Assembly: GCA_963761305.1 (NCBI GenBank) | Contig: CAVXGK010000002.1 | Coordinates: 2,944,001 to 3,008,000 of the forward strand | Length of the DNA: 64,000 bases | Direction: 5' to 3' | Origin: an uncultured Gemmatimonadaceae bacterium | GTDB taxonomy: Bacteria; Gemmatimonadota; Gemmatimonadetes; Gemmatimonadales; Gemmatimonadaceae | In this document: positions 39,608 through 50,083 of the stretch, piece after piece | Layout of the letters: each line of letters starts with the position of its first letter | How positions within the stretch are numbered: the first letter of the stretch is position 1 | Made by a program: the position numbers and the translations under genes | The notes under the pieces: generated by a model | The model's input: the letters and a program-made list of their open reading frames with translations, nothing else | The model's database searches: none | Told to the model about the DNA's origin: nothing

Positions 39608-41173
39608 CTAACGACGCGTGAGCACCCGGCCCGCGAACGCGTTGGCGAATCGTCCGCCGTCGACCGTCACCGTTCCGTTCACGAGCAGGTAGCGCACACC
39701 GGTCGCCAGCAGCGTGGGCTGCTCGTACGTCGAGCGGTCGGCGAACGTCGCTTCGTCGAACACCACGACGTCGGCAAACGCGCCGGTGGCGATTCGTCCG
39801 CGGCCCTCGAGCCCGAGGATTTCGGCGGTCTCCGCGCTGCTACGCTGCACGGCGCGCTCGAGCGTCAGCACGTGCTTCTGCTCGACGTACTCGTGGAAGA
39901 GTTTCGGAAACGTGCCGTACTTGCGCGGGTGCCCGTCGCTGCCGTCCGATCCGGTGACGACGAAGTCCGGCGTCATGAAATTCTCGATGTCCTTCTCCGT
40001 CATGTTGAACGACGCGACGCCGGGATCGGCGCCGGCGAGGATGATGGCGAGCGCCGCGTCGACGGGCGTGGTGTGTCGCCGCTGCGCGATCTCGTCGAGG
40101 CGCTTGCCGAGGAGGCTCGTGTCGCGCGTCGACGAGATGAGCAGCGCGTGCGCGCCGTTGCGGCGCTTGAGATTCGTCTCCATCTCGGCGACGAGCCGCG
40201 CGCGCGTCGCCGGATCGTTCGCGCGGGCTCGCAGCGAATCGCGGCCACCGGCCTCCGCCCACCTCGGCAACAGCGACGCGCCGAGGCTCGTGCCCGACGC
40301 GTCGTACGGATATTGGTCGGCGGTGACGACGAGGCCCGCCGCGCGCGCCTTCTTGATGATGGCGATGACGCTGTCGCTCTCGCCCCAGACGTCCGTGCCG
40401 AGCGCCTTGATGTGCGAGATGTGAATCGGGATGTGGGCCTCGCGCCCGATGCGGATCGCTTCGTTCACGGCGCCAATGAGGCCGATCGTGTACGAGCTCT
40501 CGTCGCGCAGGTGCGAGTCGTACAAGCCGCCCTTGGCCCCGGCGACTTTCGCGAGCTCGATGACCTCTTCGGTCGACGCGTAGCTCCCCGGCGCGTAGTA
40601 GAGTCCAGTCGACATGCCGAGCGCGCCCTGATCCATCCCGCGGCCCACGATCGCGCGCATCGAATCGAGTTGCGCCGGGGTCGGGGCGCCCGACGACATC
40701 CCGAGCACCGCGCCGCGAACGGAGCCTTCTCCGATGTAGACGGCCGCGTTCGTGCCGATGCCGCCCTTTCGCCACGAGTCGAGCGTCCGGCCGATGTCGA
40801 TCGACCCACCGCCATCGTTGTTGGTTATGACCGTCGTGACGCCCTGCATGAGGTAGGCGAGATTCGCGCGCCGGGCCGGCGACGAGAGATCGGCCTGTGT
40901 GTGCGTGTGCGGATCGATGAATCCCGGCGCGACGATGAGACCCGTCGCGTCGATCGTGTGAGTCGCGTTCACGTGGCTCGCCGCCGCGTCGCCCACGAAC
41001 GTGATTCGATCGCCCGTGACTCCGACATCCGCCCGCCGCCGAGCCGTTCCGCTCCCGTCGACGAGCGTGCCGCCGCGAATCAGAATGTCGGCCCGCTGCT
41101 GTGCGCCCGCCATCACGGGGAGCAGCAGCCGCAACGCGAGGCCGAGGCCGGACAGTCGACGAAGTTTTCTCAC
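39608..41173 (-). CDS. Secreted N-acyl-D-amino-acid deacylase (amidohydrolase)
   Basis: PGFIDPHTH, STGLYYAPG, SHLRDE, ISHIK, HPRKYGTFP. Start uncertain. Confidence 0.85.
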   Translation of the reverse strand: MRKLRRLSGLGLALRLLLPVMAGAQQRADILIRGGTLVDGSGTARRRADVGVTGDRITFVGDAAASHVNATHTIDATGLIVAPGFIDPHTHTQADLSSPARRANLAYLMQGVTTVITNNDGGGSIDIGRTLDSWRKGGIGTNAAVYIGEGSVRGAVLGMSSGAPTPAQLDSMRAIVGRGMDQGALGMSTGLYYAPGSYASTEEVIELAKVAGAKGGLYDSHLRDESSYTIGLIGAVNEAIRIGREAHIPIHISHIKALGTDVWGESDSVIAIIKKARAAGLVVTADQYPYDASGTSLGASLLPRWAEAGGRDSLRARANDPATRARLVAEMETNLKRRNGAHALLISSTRDTSLLGKRLDEIAQRRHTTPVDAALAIILAGADPGVASFNMTEKDIENFMTPDFVVTGSDGSDGHPRKYGTFPKLFHEYVEQKHVLTLERAVQRSSAETAEILGLEGRGRIATGAFADVVVFDEATFADRSTYEQPTLLATGVRYLLVNGTVTVDGGRFANAFAGRVLTRR

Positions 41174-41223
41174 GCGTAGACGATGCGTTGTTTCGCGCGA
41201 GAGCGCGAGTGTCGCGGGTCGAG

Positions 41224-41913
41224 TCAGTTCTGAATTCGGTATCCGGTCTTTCGTACCGTGAGAATGTGCCGCGGCTCGGCGGCGTTCTCCTCGAGCTTTC
41301 GCCGCAGCTCGGCGACGTGCGTGTCGACCGTACGGCTGTACACCTCGCCCGAGTAGCCCCACACCTCCTCGAGCAGCTCGGTGCGCGACGCCACTTGGCC
41401 GCGTCTTTGGAGCAACGCGATCAGGAGGTCGTACTCCTTCGGCCGCAATTGCACTGCGCTTCCCGCGCGCTGCACCGTGTGCGTGCGAGGATCCACGTGC
41501 ACGTCGCCGAACGTCACCGGTGCGGCCAGCTTGCTCGTCGATCCAGCGGTCGCCGCGCGACGCAGCAGCGCGTCCACGCGCGCCAACAACTCGAGCAGGC
41601 CGAACGGCTTGGCGACGTAGTCGTCGGCCCCAAGCCTGAAGCCGAGCACTTTGTCCGCCTCTTCGCCGCGCGCGCTCAGGATCAGCACCGGCGTGTCGAC
41701 GCCGTCTTCACGCAGCGACGCCAGCACGCGGTAGCCGTCCATCCCCGGCAGCATCAGATCGAGAATGATGAGGTCAGGGCCGGACGATCGCGCGAGCGCC
41801 AATCCCGACGGACCGTCAGCCGCAACGGACACATCGTGGCCTTCGATCTCGAGGTTGTTGCGCAGCCCCGTCGCCAAGTTGCGGTTGTCCTCGATGACGA
41901 GAATGCGCGTCAC
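41224..41913 (-). CDS. OmpR-family response regulator
   Basis: ILVIED, LDLMLPGMDG, GADDYVAKPF, RTVDTHVAELRRKLE. Confidence 0.95.
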   Translation of the reverse strand: MTRILVIEDNRNLATGLRNNLEIEGHDVSVAADGPSGLALARSSGPDLIILDLMLPGMDGYRVLASLREDGVDTPVLILSARGEEADKVLGFRLGADDYVAKPFGLLELLARVDALLRRAATAGSTSKLAAPVTFGDVHVDPRTHTVQRAGSAVQLRPKEYDLLIALLQRRGQVASRTELLEEVWGYSGEVYSRTVDTHVAELRRKLEENAAEPRHILTVRKTGYRIQN

Positions 41914-43607
41914 GGGTGGACAGGTAGACGGTTGGCCCGGTGTTCGTCCGTAAAGCCGGCGGCGCGCGGCGCGGCGTTCAACTCGATCACGACGCGCGCT
42001 CCCTTCCCCGGCGCGTCTTCGATCCACGTGTCGCCGCCGTGCAGACGCGCCAACTCGCGCACCACGTAGAGCCCGATGCCGCTGCCCGCGACCGCAGCAT
42101 CGGCGTGTCGATCGAGCCGATAAAACGACGTCCACACCCGTTCGCGCTCGCGCTCGGGAACTCCCTCACCTTCGTCGTCGATCCACAACCGGACGCGATC
42201 GCCTCGCGCGGCGGTGCCCACGGTGACCGTTTGCGGATGCGCACCATACTTCACGGCGTTGTCGAGCAGGTTGAGCACCATCTGTCTCAACGCGGCCCGA
42301 TCCGCCATCGCGAACACGTCCGGCGTGAACGCGGTTGCCAGTCGCACGTCCGCCGACGCGGCGAGCGGCATCCAGTCGTCGATGATCTCCTGCACCGCGC
42401 GATTCAGATCGATCGGCTCCGGTCCCAGCCGCGTCATCTGCCGTTCCGCACGCGAGAAGTGGAGGATGTTCTCGACGAGGTGCATCAACCGCCGGCCTTC
42501 CTGGACGATGACGCCCGTCGCCGCGTGGCGCTCGTCGTCGGTGCGCACGCGGCCCAGGTTGAGTGTCTCGGCGAACAGCAGGATCTGCGACAGCGGTGTG
42601 CGCAGCTCGTGCGAGACGCTCGAGATGAAATCCGAGCGCAGCCGTGACAGCTCGTGTTCGCGCCTCAGCTGCAGCACGGTGAGCACGATCATCGCCGCGG
42701 TCAGCGTGAGCAGGCCGACGAGAATCGGCACGCGCGATTCCGGCAGCGCGCCGAGCGCGAGGACTTCCACCGCGCGCGGCCGGATCGCCGCGTGCACCAA
42801 AAGCCCGCCGACTTGCTCGATCGATACGTCGGCCGAATAGGGCGACGTCGCCGTCGACGCGGCCGTCTGGAACACGGGACGACCGCTCGGATCACGGACG
42901 CTGATCGCCAGAATCGAGTCGTTCGGCGCGCCGCCGGTCGCCGAAACGGGGAGGAGCGCGCGCCGCGCGACGACGTCGCGGATCATCGCCTGGCCAACGG
43001 CGTCGGCGCACGTCCGAACTCCGTACGCGGCGATGGGCGCGCGATGCTCGGCGTACTTCACCGCGTACGCGATCGCGATCGGCGGTTCGTTCGGCAGCGT
43101 GCCGAGTATGACTGCGTAGTTCCAGTCAGGGCGATACTCGGTGCGGGGACTGGCGATCGTGTCGGCCAGCCATTGGCGCATCGCCGGGGACACGGCCGCT
43201 CCGGCGGTCGCGAGCGACCCGTCGCGAAGGTCGATGCTGAAATAGAAGCGTGACGAGTCGTTTGTCGTCGGGCAACGCAACACCCCGTCGGCGGTCGACG
43301 CGAGAACGGCCGGCGGCAGCAGCAGCTCGTAGGGCGTCGTCGCTTGGGCACGCGTAAGCGGCGCGAGCGCGGTGCCGAGCGTGGTCTGCAATTCGTCGTT
43401 GACGCCCGCGACCAGCTCCCAGGCCGCAACGGCGGCGTAGTCGTGCAACGCCCGTTCGGCCGTCGCGCGATGCGAGACAGCCGCCTCGTGCGCTTCGTAG
43501 GCGAGCATCGTGGCGAGCACGAGCGTGCATGCCAGCAGCAACGCGAGCAACAGCGCGCGCGAACGGCGTCGACGTGGTGCGTTGAACCGGAAGGAATTCG
43601 AGACCAT
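41910..43607 (-). CDS. Sensor histidine kinase
   Basis: Two TM helices; SHELRTPL, NLLDNAVKY, DEGEGV, GSGIGL. Confidence 0.93.
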   Translation of the reverse strand: MVSNSFRFNAPRRRRSRALLLALLLACTLVLATMLAYEAHEAAVSHRATAERALHDYAAVAAWELVAGVNDELQTTLGTALAPLTRAQATTPYELLLPPAVLASTADGVLRCPTTNDSSRFYFSIDLRDGSLATAGAAVSPAMRQWLADTIASPRTEYRPDWNYAVILGTLPNEPPIAIAYAVKYAEHRAPIAAYGVRTCADAVGQAMIRDVVARRALLPVSATGGAPNDSILAISVRDPSGRPVFQTAASTATSPYSADVSIEQVGGLLVHAAIRPRAVEVLALGALPESRVPILVGLLTLTAAMIVLTVLQLRREHELSRLRSDFISSVSHELRTPLSQILLFAETLNLGRVRTDDERHAATGVIVQEGRRLMHLVENILHFSRAERQMTRLGPEPIDLNRAVQEIIDDWMPLAASADVRLATAFTPDVFAMADRAALRQMVLNLLDNAVKYGAHPQTVTVGTAARGDRVRLWIDDEGEGVPERERERVWTSFYRLDRHADAAVAGSGIGLYVVRELARLHGGDTWIEDAPGKGARVVIELNAAPRAAGFTDEHRANRLPVHP

Positions 43608-43663
43608 CACGTCGCAATCTGCCGCCTTGCTCGGGTCCCCGGCAACGTGAACGGTGTGCGGCC

Positions 43664-43688
43664 TGTAACTCTGACACCGTTCTGACAC
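43664..43688. promoter_or_regulatory. OmpR-type tandem direct repeat, candidate response-regulator operator
   Basis: TCTGACAC at 43670 and 43681 (11-bp period). Confidence 0.55.
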
Positions 43689-43753
43689 AGGGTAAGGGAA
43701 GCCGAATCGCATCCTGTTGACAGCCCTTTCAATGGGTTCGCAGGTTGTGGGGG

Positions 43754-45457
43754 GTGACGACCGATCTGATCGCAGACACGGCCGCCCCCCGCGTTGCTCG
43801 GCGGGCCGGGACCGGACTCGAAGCGCTGATACGCTCCGAGACCATGTGGTTGGCGGCGTGCCTTGTCGCCGGCGCCGCGGATGCGTTCATCGGGCGCCAC
43901 GCGATGAACCCGGACGGCATCAGCTACATCGACATCGCGCGGACGGCGATGCTCGCCGGACCTCGCGGACTGATCAACGGGTACTGGAGTCCCGGCTATC
44001 CGGCGCTGATCGCGGCGGTCATGCGAATGACGCGCCCCGTCGCAGCGGCGGAGTTTCCCGTGGTGCACGCTCTCAATTTCATGATCTTCGTCGCGAGCCT
44101 CTGGGCGTGGCGCGCGTTGTTGCAATCATGGATCAACGAACCCTCGTACGGCGATAGTCGGTGGGGCCGGACTCGACAGGCGCTGATTCCGCTTGGTTTT
44201 GGAATCTTCATATTGATGACGCTCGCTGCGACGCCACTGAGTTTGGTGACGCCGGACCTCGCCGCACTCGGAACGACGGTGCTGATCGCGGTGTGGTACC
44301 AGCGGCTCCGCACGTCCGCGGATTGGACGGCGGCCTTACTTCTCGGCGCGTTCTGCGCGCTGGGATTCTGGATGAAGACCGTGATGTTCCCGATTGGCGC
44401 GTTGTTGCTCGTTCTTTTGATGCTCTTCCCGCCGCCGATTCCTCGCGCCCGCGCCAAGGTTCTCGCGGCCGTCGCCGCGTGGCTAGCGCTCTCGGCGCCA
44501 CTGATCGTCCTCGTTTCGATCAGGGTGGGACGCCTGAGCTACGGAGAGACGGGCCGCGTCAACTATGCGTCGCACGTGTTGCGCGAAGACGCCGTCGACG
44601 AAGGAACTCCATATAGTCCGGCGTTGGTACATCCGCCTCGGGTATTGCTCGTGCAGCCGCGCATCATCGAGTTCGGATCCCCGATCACGGCGACCTACGC
44701 CATTCATTTCGACCAGTCGTATTGGGCGGAGGGAACGCCGGTGCGATTTGCGCTCGGCCCGCAGGTCCGCGCGCTCGCCAAGAACGCGGTCGAGTATGCG
44801 AGACAATGGCTGTTCGAGTATCCGGTTGTTCTTGCAGCGCTCATCGGCCTCGCGGTCTTCTCTCGCGCGCCGCGCCGGGACGCTTCGACCTTCGCGGCCT
44901 ATGTCCTGGTCTACTGGGGCGCGGCGTGGCTTGCCCTCTATGCCGCCATTCACGTCGAGACGCGGCTGACGGCTCCGGCCTTTCTCCTTCTGGCCGCCCT
45001 GCTCGCCCGGAGGCTCTCGCTGGGCACATCCCCGCGAGCAGCGTTCGCCGTCTCCGCGGTGCTTGCCGGATTCGTTGCCGTGAAGAGCGCGGGTCAAGCG
45101 TGGACGATTGCTGAGCAGTTGCGCAATCCAGAAACCCCGCCGTACCTCGAGCTCGCCGCGGCGCTCGGCGAACTCGGCCTGACGCCCGGCTCGCAAATCG
45201 CCGTGGTCGGAGCGCGCGACGCCTACCAAGCGGCGTACGCCCACGCGGCTGGATTGCGGGTCGTCGCCGAAATCTTCGATGCCGACGGCGGATTGGAAAT
45301 GACCAACGCTGAGATGGACACGGTGCGGGCGACGCTTGCCAGCGCCGGGATCCGTGCCATCGTGAGAACGGCGGGGCCACTTCCGGTCGCGGACTCCGGA
45401 TGGAGGCGCATCCACCTCAGCAACGGCGTGGCCGGCGTACTTCTCACGGCGCCGTAG
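43754..45457 (+). CDS. Polytopic membrane protein, GT-C (ArnT/PMT-like) glycosyltransferase candidate
   Basis: Many TM helices; MNPDGISYIDIA, YWSPGYP, TPD. Confidence 0.6.
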   Translation: MTTDLIADTAAPRVARRAGTGLEALIRSETMWLAACLVAGAADAFIGRHAMNPDGISYIDIARTAMLAGPRGLINGYWSPGYPALIAAVMRMTRPVAAAEFPVVHALNFMIFVASLWAWRALLQSWINEPSYGDSRWGRTRQALIPLGFGIFILMTLAATPLSLVTPDLAALGTTVLIAVWYQRLRTSADWTAALLLGAFCALGFWMKTVMFPIGALLLVLLMLFPPPIPRARAKVLAAVAAWLALSAPLIVLVSIRVGRLSYGETGRVNYASHVLREDAVDEGTPYSPALVHPPRVLLVQPRIIEFGSPITATYAIHFDQSYWAEGTPVRFALGPQVRALAKNAVEYARQWLFEYPVVLAALIGLAVFSRAPRRDASTFAAYVLVYWGAAWLALYAAIHVETRLTAPAFLLLAALLARRLSLGTSPRAAFAVSAVLAGFVAVKSAGQAWTIAEQLRNPETPPYLELAAALGELGLTPGSQIAVVGARDAYQAAYAHAAGLRVVAEIFDADGGLEMTNAEMDTVRATLASAGIRAIVRTAGPLPVADSGWRRIHLSNGVAGVLLTAP

Positions 45458-45487
45458 CCACTCGGTTGTCGGGTGGCTCGAGCCGCG

Positions 45488-47019
45488 TTACGCCCTCGCC
45501 ACGCGCAGCACTTCGTCGAGCGTCGTGACGCCTTCTCGCGCCGCGCGGACGCCGTCGTCCAGCAGCGTGCGCATGCCCTTCGCGACCGCCATGCCGCGCA
45601 GCTCTTCGGACCCGCGGCGGCGCTGCACTTCGAGACGCAGATCGTTGTCCATCACGAGCAGCTCGTACACGCCCGTGCGCCCTCGATAGCCCGTCCCCCG
45701 GCACTGATCGCATCCAGCGCCCTTCCACACTCGCGTGAGTCCGAGCGCTACGACGTCGAGACGACGCGCCGCGGCCTTGTCCGGCGTCGTTTCCGTCTTG
45801 CAGCTCGGACAGATCATGCGCACGAGCCGCTGCGCGAGCACCGCGTCGACCGTGCTCGCCACGAGATACGCCGCGACGTCGAGGTCGAGCAGACGCGTGA
45901 GCGCCGTCGGGGCGTCGTTCGTGTGCAGCGTCGACAGCACGAGGTGCCCGGTGAGCGCCGCTTGCGTGGCGATCTGCGCCGTTTCGGCGTCGCGAATTTC
46001 GCCGAGCAGGATGATGTCCGGGTCCTGCCGAAGCAGCGATCGCAGCGCGGCGGCGAACGTCACGCCGACCTTCTCGTTCACCGGCACCTGCGGCACGCCG
46101 GAGAGCTCGTATTCCACCGGATCTTCGACCGTAAGGATTTTCTCACGGCCGGTGCGGATCATCTCGATCGCGCCGTAGAGCGTGGTCGTCTTGCCGGAGC
46201 CGGTCGGCCCCGTGACGAGGACGATGCCGTGCGGGCGCGACACGACCTCGCGTGAACAGCTCGAGCGTATCCGCGGCCATGCCCAGTTCGGCCAGCGAGA
46301 TGCGGCCGCGCTCCTTGTCGAGGAGACGCAGCACGACGCTCTCGCCGCGCAGCGTCGGCACGGTCGAGACGCGCACGTCGACCTGGCGATTCTGCAACCG
46401 CAGCCGAATGCGGCCGTCCTGCGGCAGGCGTCGCTCGGCGATGTCCAGCTCGGCCATGATCTTCAACCGGCTGATGATCGCCGCGGTGAGATGCGGCGGC
46501 GGCGACGGCGCGTTCTGGAGGACGCCGTCGACGCGATAGCGCACGCGCAATCCGTCCTGATACGCCCTCGAGGTGCACGTCCGACGCGCGCGCGTCGAGC
46601 GCTTCGATCAAGAGCAGGTTCACCAGCCGGACGACCGGCGCCTCGTTCGCAAGATGGAGCAGGTCGTCGAGCGGAATGTCGTCCACGTTCGCCGCCTGCG
46701 CTTCGCCCGACATGCCGGCGATCATGCCTTCCGCGGTGGCCGCCTCCGGCGCGTACACGCGTCGAATCGCCGTCCGGAGATCGTGCTCGGCGAACCGCAC
46801 GAGCGACACGTGCGCGGCGAACAACAGCCGCAGATCGTCGAGCGCGAGCGGCTCGACACGATCCAGCCACGTACCGACGGTCAGTTCATCGCGTTCGAGG
46901 CCCAGCGGCAGCACGCCGTACTGCTCCAGCCAATCGGCGGACAGCCCGGTCGTGAGGCGCTCGACCTCGAGCAGCTCGGTCGCCGAATGTTCGGTCTCGG
47001 GACGGTCGGCTATTGCCAT
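45488..47019 (-). CDS. gspE: Type II secretion ATPase, split over three frames (apparent +1 indels near 46565 and 46251)
   Basis: [17 protein letters not shown] | [16 protein letters not shown] | [30 protein letters not shown], CxxC pairs. Confidence 0.85.
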
Positions 47020-48923
47020 CGCGAGGCGGACGGCGGCTTTGGCGCCGGCAGCGCGTCGACCGGTGGCGGCCCGGCCGGCGTCGAGTCGGGCGCGGCCGGC
47101 GGGCGCGGACGCAGTCGCGTCAACGAATCGGGTTGCGTCGAATCGGTCGGCGGCTTCGTTCCCGGAGGAACGATGGGCCTCGTCGGCACGGTGAGCGTAT
47201 CCGTCTTCGGCTGAATGTGCGGACCGACATTTACTTGCTTCAGCAGGTCGCTGCCGTCCTTCACGGCGTCGCGCAGCTTGTCGATGTCTTCGTCGCTCGA
47301 GATGATGTGCGGCGTGAGGAAGAGAAACAGCTCGTTCGTCGTCGTCGCTCTTCGAGATGTTGGCCGAACAGCAGCGCGCCGATGAACGGAATCCGGCTGA
47401 GCAGCGGAATGCCCGACTGATTCCCGGATCGTCGTGTTGTCGGCGAGCCCGCCGATCACCGTCGTCTGCCCGTCGCGAATGAAGATCTGCGTCGTCGCTT
47501 CGCGCTTGTCGATCACCGGCGCGTCGAACTGCACTTCGTTCGTCGCGCTGTTGTCGGTCTGCGACACCTGCAGGTTGACGTAGCCGTCGGGGTTGATCGT
47601 CGGCGTGATCGTGAGCGTGGTGCCGACGTCGATGTACTGGACGGTCTGCACGCGGTCGGTCGGGTCGTTCGGCACCGTCTGCGAGATCTGCACGAACGGG
47701 CGCGACGACCCCACGTTCAGCGTCGCCTGGCGATTGTTCTGCGCGATGATCACCGGCAGCGACAACACGCGCACGTCGCCGCGCGCTTCGAGAGCGGCGA
47801 TCGCGACGTCGTAGCTGATCGCGCCATGTCCGCCGGCGAGCTCGTTGATCAAGTCGAGCGCGCTGGCCTGCGACGGAACCGTCCCCGAGATGACGTTCCC
47901 GTGTGAATCCTTGTGTGACACCGAGCCGGACACGCCGAAGTCGAGCGACCGAGTGCGCTGCACCTCGGCGATCGTGACCTCGATCAGCACCTGCAACGGC
48001 CGCAGATCCACACCGGAGATGACTTGCTGCACGAGCTGCCAATCCGAATCCGTCGCGCGCACGAGCAGCGAGTTGCTCGATTCCTCGGCGATGATCCGAA
48101 TGTCGCCGGCCTGAGAAGAGAGCGCTCCGGGCGCCGCCTGGAACGCGGTGGTGAGCGCGTTGGCCAGAGGATTTCCGGCGGCGACGTTAGCCGGGTTGCC
48201 GCCGACACCACCGCCCGCGCCGTTGTTGCCAAACCGGCCGCCGCGACCGGCACCACCGCCGCCACCACCACCCCCGCCCGCGGCGAACGGCGTCGCGATG
48301 TTGCCCGGCGGAGTCGTGAAGGTCGTGAAGCCGCCGTTGCCATTGGGAATGACGGTCGTTCCGCCGCGCCCGGCGAGCGTCGACGAGTATCCCGAGAAAA
48401 GGTTCGCGAGCACCGGCGCGAGCTGCACGGCGCTCGCGTGCCGCAGGCGATACGTGAAGAGATGCATCTGCTGCGCTTGCACCTGTTGCGCCAACTGCTG
48501 CGCGAACTGTTGCTGCGGCGTGACCGTGGGGCGCGTGGGCTCCGGCGTAGGACCGGAGATCTGCACCAGCGACGGACCCACCGTCACCTTGAGCCCATTC
48601 GCCTCGGCGACGGTCTTGAGCAGCTCGATCATTCCGTCGCGCGTGACGGGACGACCCATGTGCACCGTCGTTCGCTGCGCGGGAATGTTGGTGAGCGAGA
48701 CGTTGATTTCACCCGCCGCGGCCAGCGCGTCGAGCACCACCTTGAGATCCTGGTCCTGGAAATCCAGCGAGACCGCCGGCGGTGCTTTCGCCGTGTCGGC
48801 CTTGGTCGGTGCGCGGGTCGGTTTCCCGCCGGTACCGCCTCGCTGGGCGAGCACGACGCTGGGCGGCACGGCGACGGCGCCGGCCACTACACACGCGATG
48901 AGTACTCTGTGGACAGAATGCAT
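47010..48923 (-). CDS. gspD: Type II secretion secretin (compensating indels at about 47345-47425)
   Basis: SLDFQDQDL, SNSLLVRA, QVLIEVTIAEV, DVGTTLTITP, DGQTTVIGGL; the GIPLLSRIPFIG motif lies in an alternate frame. Confidence 0.85.
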   Translation of the reverse strand: MHSVHRVLIACVVAGAVAVPPSVVLAQRGGTGGKPTRAPTKADTAKAPPAVSLDFQDQDLKVVLDALAAAGEINVSLTNIPAQRTTVHMGRPVTRDGMIELLKTVAEANGLKVTVGPSLVQISGPTPEPTRPTVTPQQQFAQQLAQQVQAQQMHLFTYRLRHASAVQLAPVLANLFSGYSSTLAGRGGTTVIPNGNGGFTTFTTPPGNIATPFAAGGGGGGGGGAGRGGRFGNNGAGGGVGGNPANVAAGNPLANALTTAFQAAPGALSSQAGDIRIIAEESSNSLLVRATDSDWQLVQQVISGVDLRPLQVLIEVTIAEVQRTRSLDFGVSGSVSHKDSHGNVISGTVPSQASALDLINELAGGHGAISYDVAIAALEARGDVRVLSLPVIIAQNNRQATLNVGSSRPFVQISQTVPNDPTDRVQTVQYIDVGTTLTITPTINPDGYVNLQVSQTDNSATNEVQFDAPVIDKREATTQIFIRDGQTTVIGGLADNTTIRESVGHSAAQPDSVHRRAAVRPTSRRATTTNELFLFLTPHIISSDEDIDKLRDAVKDGSDLLKQVNVGPHIQPKTDTLTVPTRPIVPPGTKPPTDSTQPDSLTRLRPRPPAAPDSTPAGPPPVDALPAPKPPSASRWQ

Positions 48924-48926
48924 TGG

Positions 48927-49439
48927 TCAGGATCCCGGCTTGGGCACGACGAGGTCAGCTCGCGTGCCCGATGAGTTCATTATCGTCACTTTCCCCCGAT
49001 CGATGGCCTTTACGACCCACTCGCCGATCTTGTCGCCGACATGCACCAGCGTGGGGCGCTCCTCGCCCAACTGCAGTGTCGCGAAGCTCTTGCCGTCGTT
49101 GGCCACCGCGGTCCCGAGGACCACGGGTTTCGGCGGTTCGGACGCCTGTTTGACCTCCGGCGACTTCTCGCCGGGTAATCGATAGGCCGCCGACGGCGCG
49201 CTGCGGTCGGACGCGAAGAGATCGTTCTCGACGGCGGCTTGGACGTCGGCGGGAGCGGGCAACACCGCCCTCTTGATCGGCGCGGTGTTGTTCGACGACG
49301 GCGCGGACTCCGGCAACGGATCGGCGCGCACCGCGTGAACCGTCGTCCAGCCGACGGTCGCAACGGCGACGATGAGCAGCGTGCCCGCGACGCGCATCGC
49401 CGGCGTCTTGATCCACACGCGAAGGTCGCCCGTCGTCAT
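48927..49439 (-). CDS. T2SS GspC-like protein
   Basis: Single TM, VVLGT, VHVGDKIGEWVVKAI; position between gspM and gspD. Confidence 0.6.
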   Translation of the reverse strand: MTTGDLRVWIKTPAMRVAGTLLIVAVATVGWTTVHAVRADPLPESAPSSNNTAPIKRAVLPAPADVQAAVENDLFASDRSAPSAAYRLPGEKSPEVKQASEPPKPVVLGTAVANDGKSFATLQLGEERPTLVHVGDKIGEWVVKAIDRGKVTIMNSSGTRADLVVPKPGS

Positions 49440-50083
49440 CGACGCACGCCTCCTGCCGCCGCCGACAGCTCGGCGACGGTCGGTTGAGCATCCGTCGTCG
49501 CCGCCGTCGTGGAATCGGTCACGCCGAATCCGGAAATCGTCGCGGCGATGGACAGCACTTCCATATCCGTGTCGCCCGCACGCGACGACCGCGTGACGTC
49601 CAGACGATCGACGCGCAGCAGCTTGTCGCCGCGCTCCAGGGTCTGCAAAAAGAGCAGCATCCCGAGCAGATCCGACTCGGCGCGAATTTCGACGCGCAGC
49701 GTGCGCACCCCGCTCGGCAACGGCGGCGCGGGACGCGTGGCGGCATCCTGCAGAAAGACCCGCGTTCGCTTCGCCACGTCGCCGAGGTACGAGGCCAGCT
49801 CGGCGCTCGCCATCACGTCGTCCTTTCCCTCAAAGAGACGCGAGCGCGTGTTCTGCATCGCCGAGTCGGCCATCCGCCGCAGCTCGGGGTTGCGTCGCGA
49901 TTCGGCCACGGCCGCCCGCTCGCGAGCCAGCGTCGCGCGTTCCGTGGCCAGTTGATCCTGTCCGTCGGCCAGCGCCGCGCGATACGGCCGCACGACGTAG
50001 AGCGCCGTCAGCGAGACGATCGTGATCACCGCGCCGAGCGTCACCGTGCGCCGTTCCCGCGCGCTGAGCGTGCTCCACTTCAT
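49436..50083 (-). CDS. gspM: T2SS inner-membrane protein M
   Basis: MKWSTLSARERR + TM + coiled coil + ferredoxin-like domain; ATGA overlaps. Confidence 0.7.
   Translation of the reverse strand: MKWSTLSARERRTVTLGAVITIVSLTALYVVRPYRAALADGQDQLATERATLARERAAVAESRRNPELRRMADSAMQNTRSRLFEGKDDVMASAELASYLGDVAKRTRVFLQDAATRPAPPLPSGVRTLRVEIRAESDLLGMLLFLQTLERGDKLLRVDRLDVTRSSRAGDTDMEVLSIAATISGFGVTDSTTAATTDAQPTVAELSAAAGGVRR

Noticed and set aside
38525..41179. Long antisense ORFs (also 12060-14339, 17169-19364, 54041-56026 and others)
   Set aside because: Expected shadow ORFs opposite real genes in high-GC DNA; no recognisable motifs.
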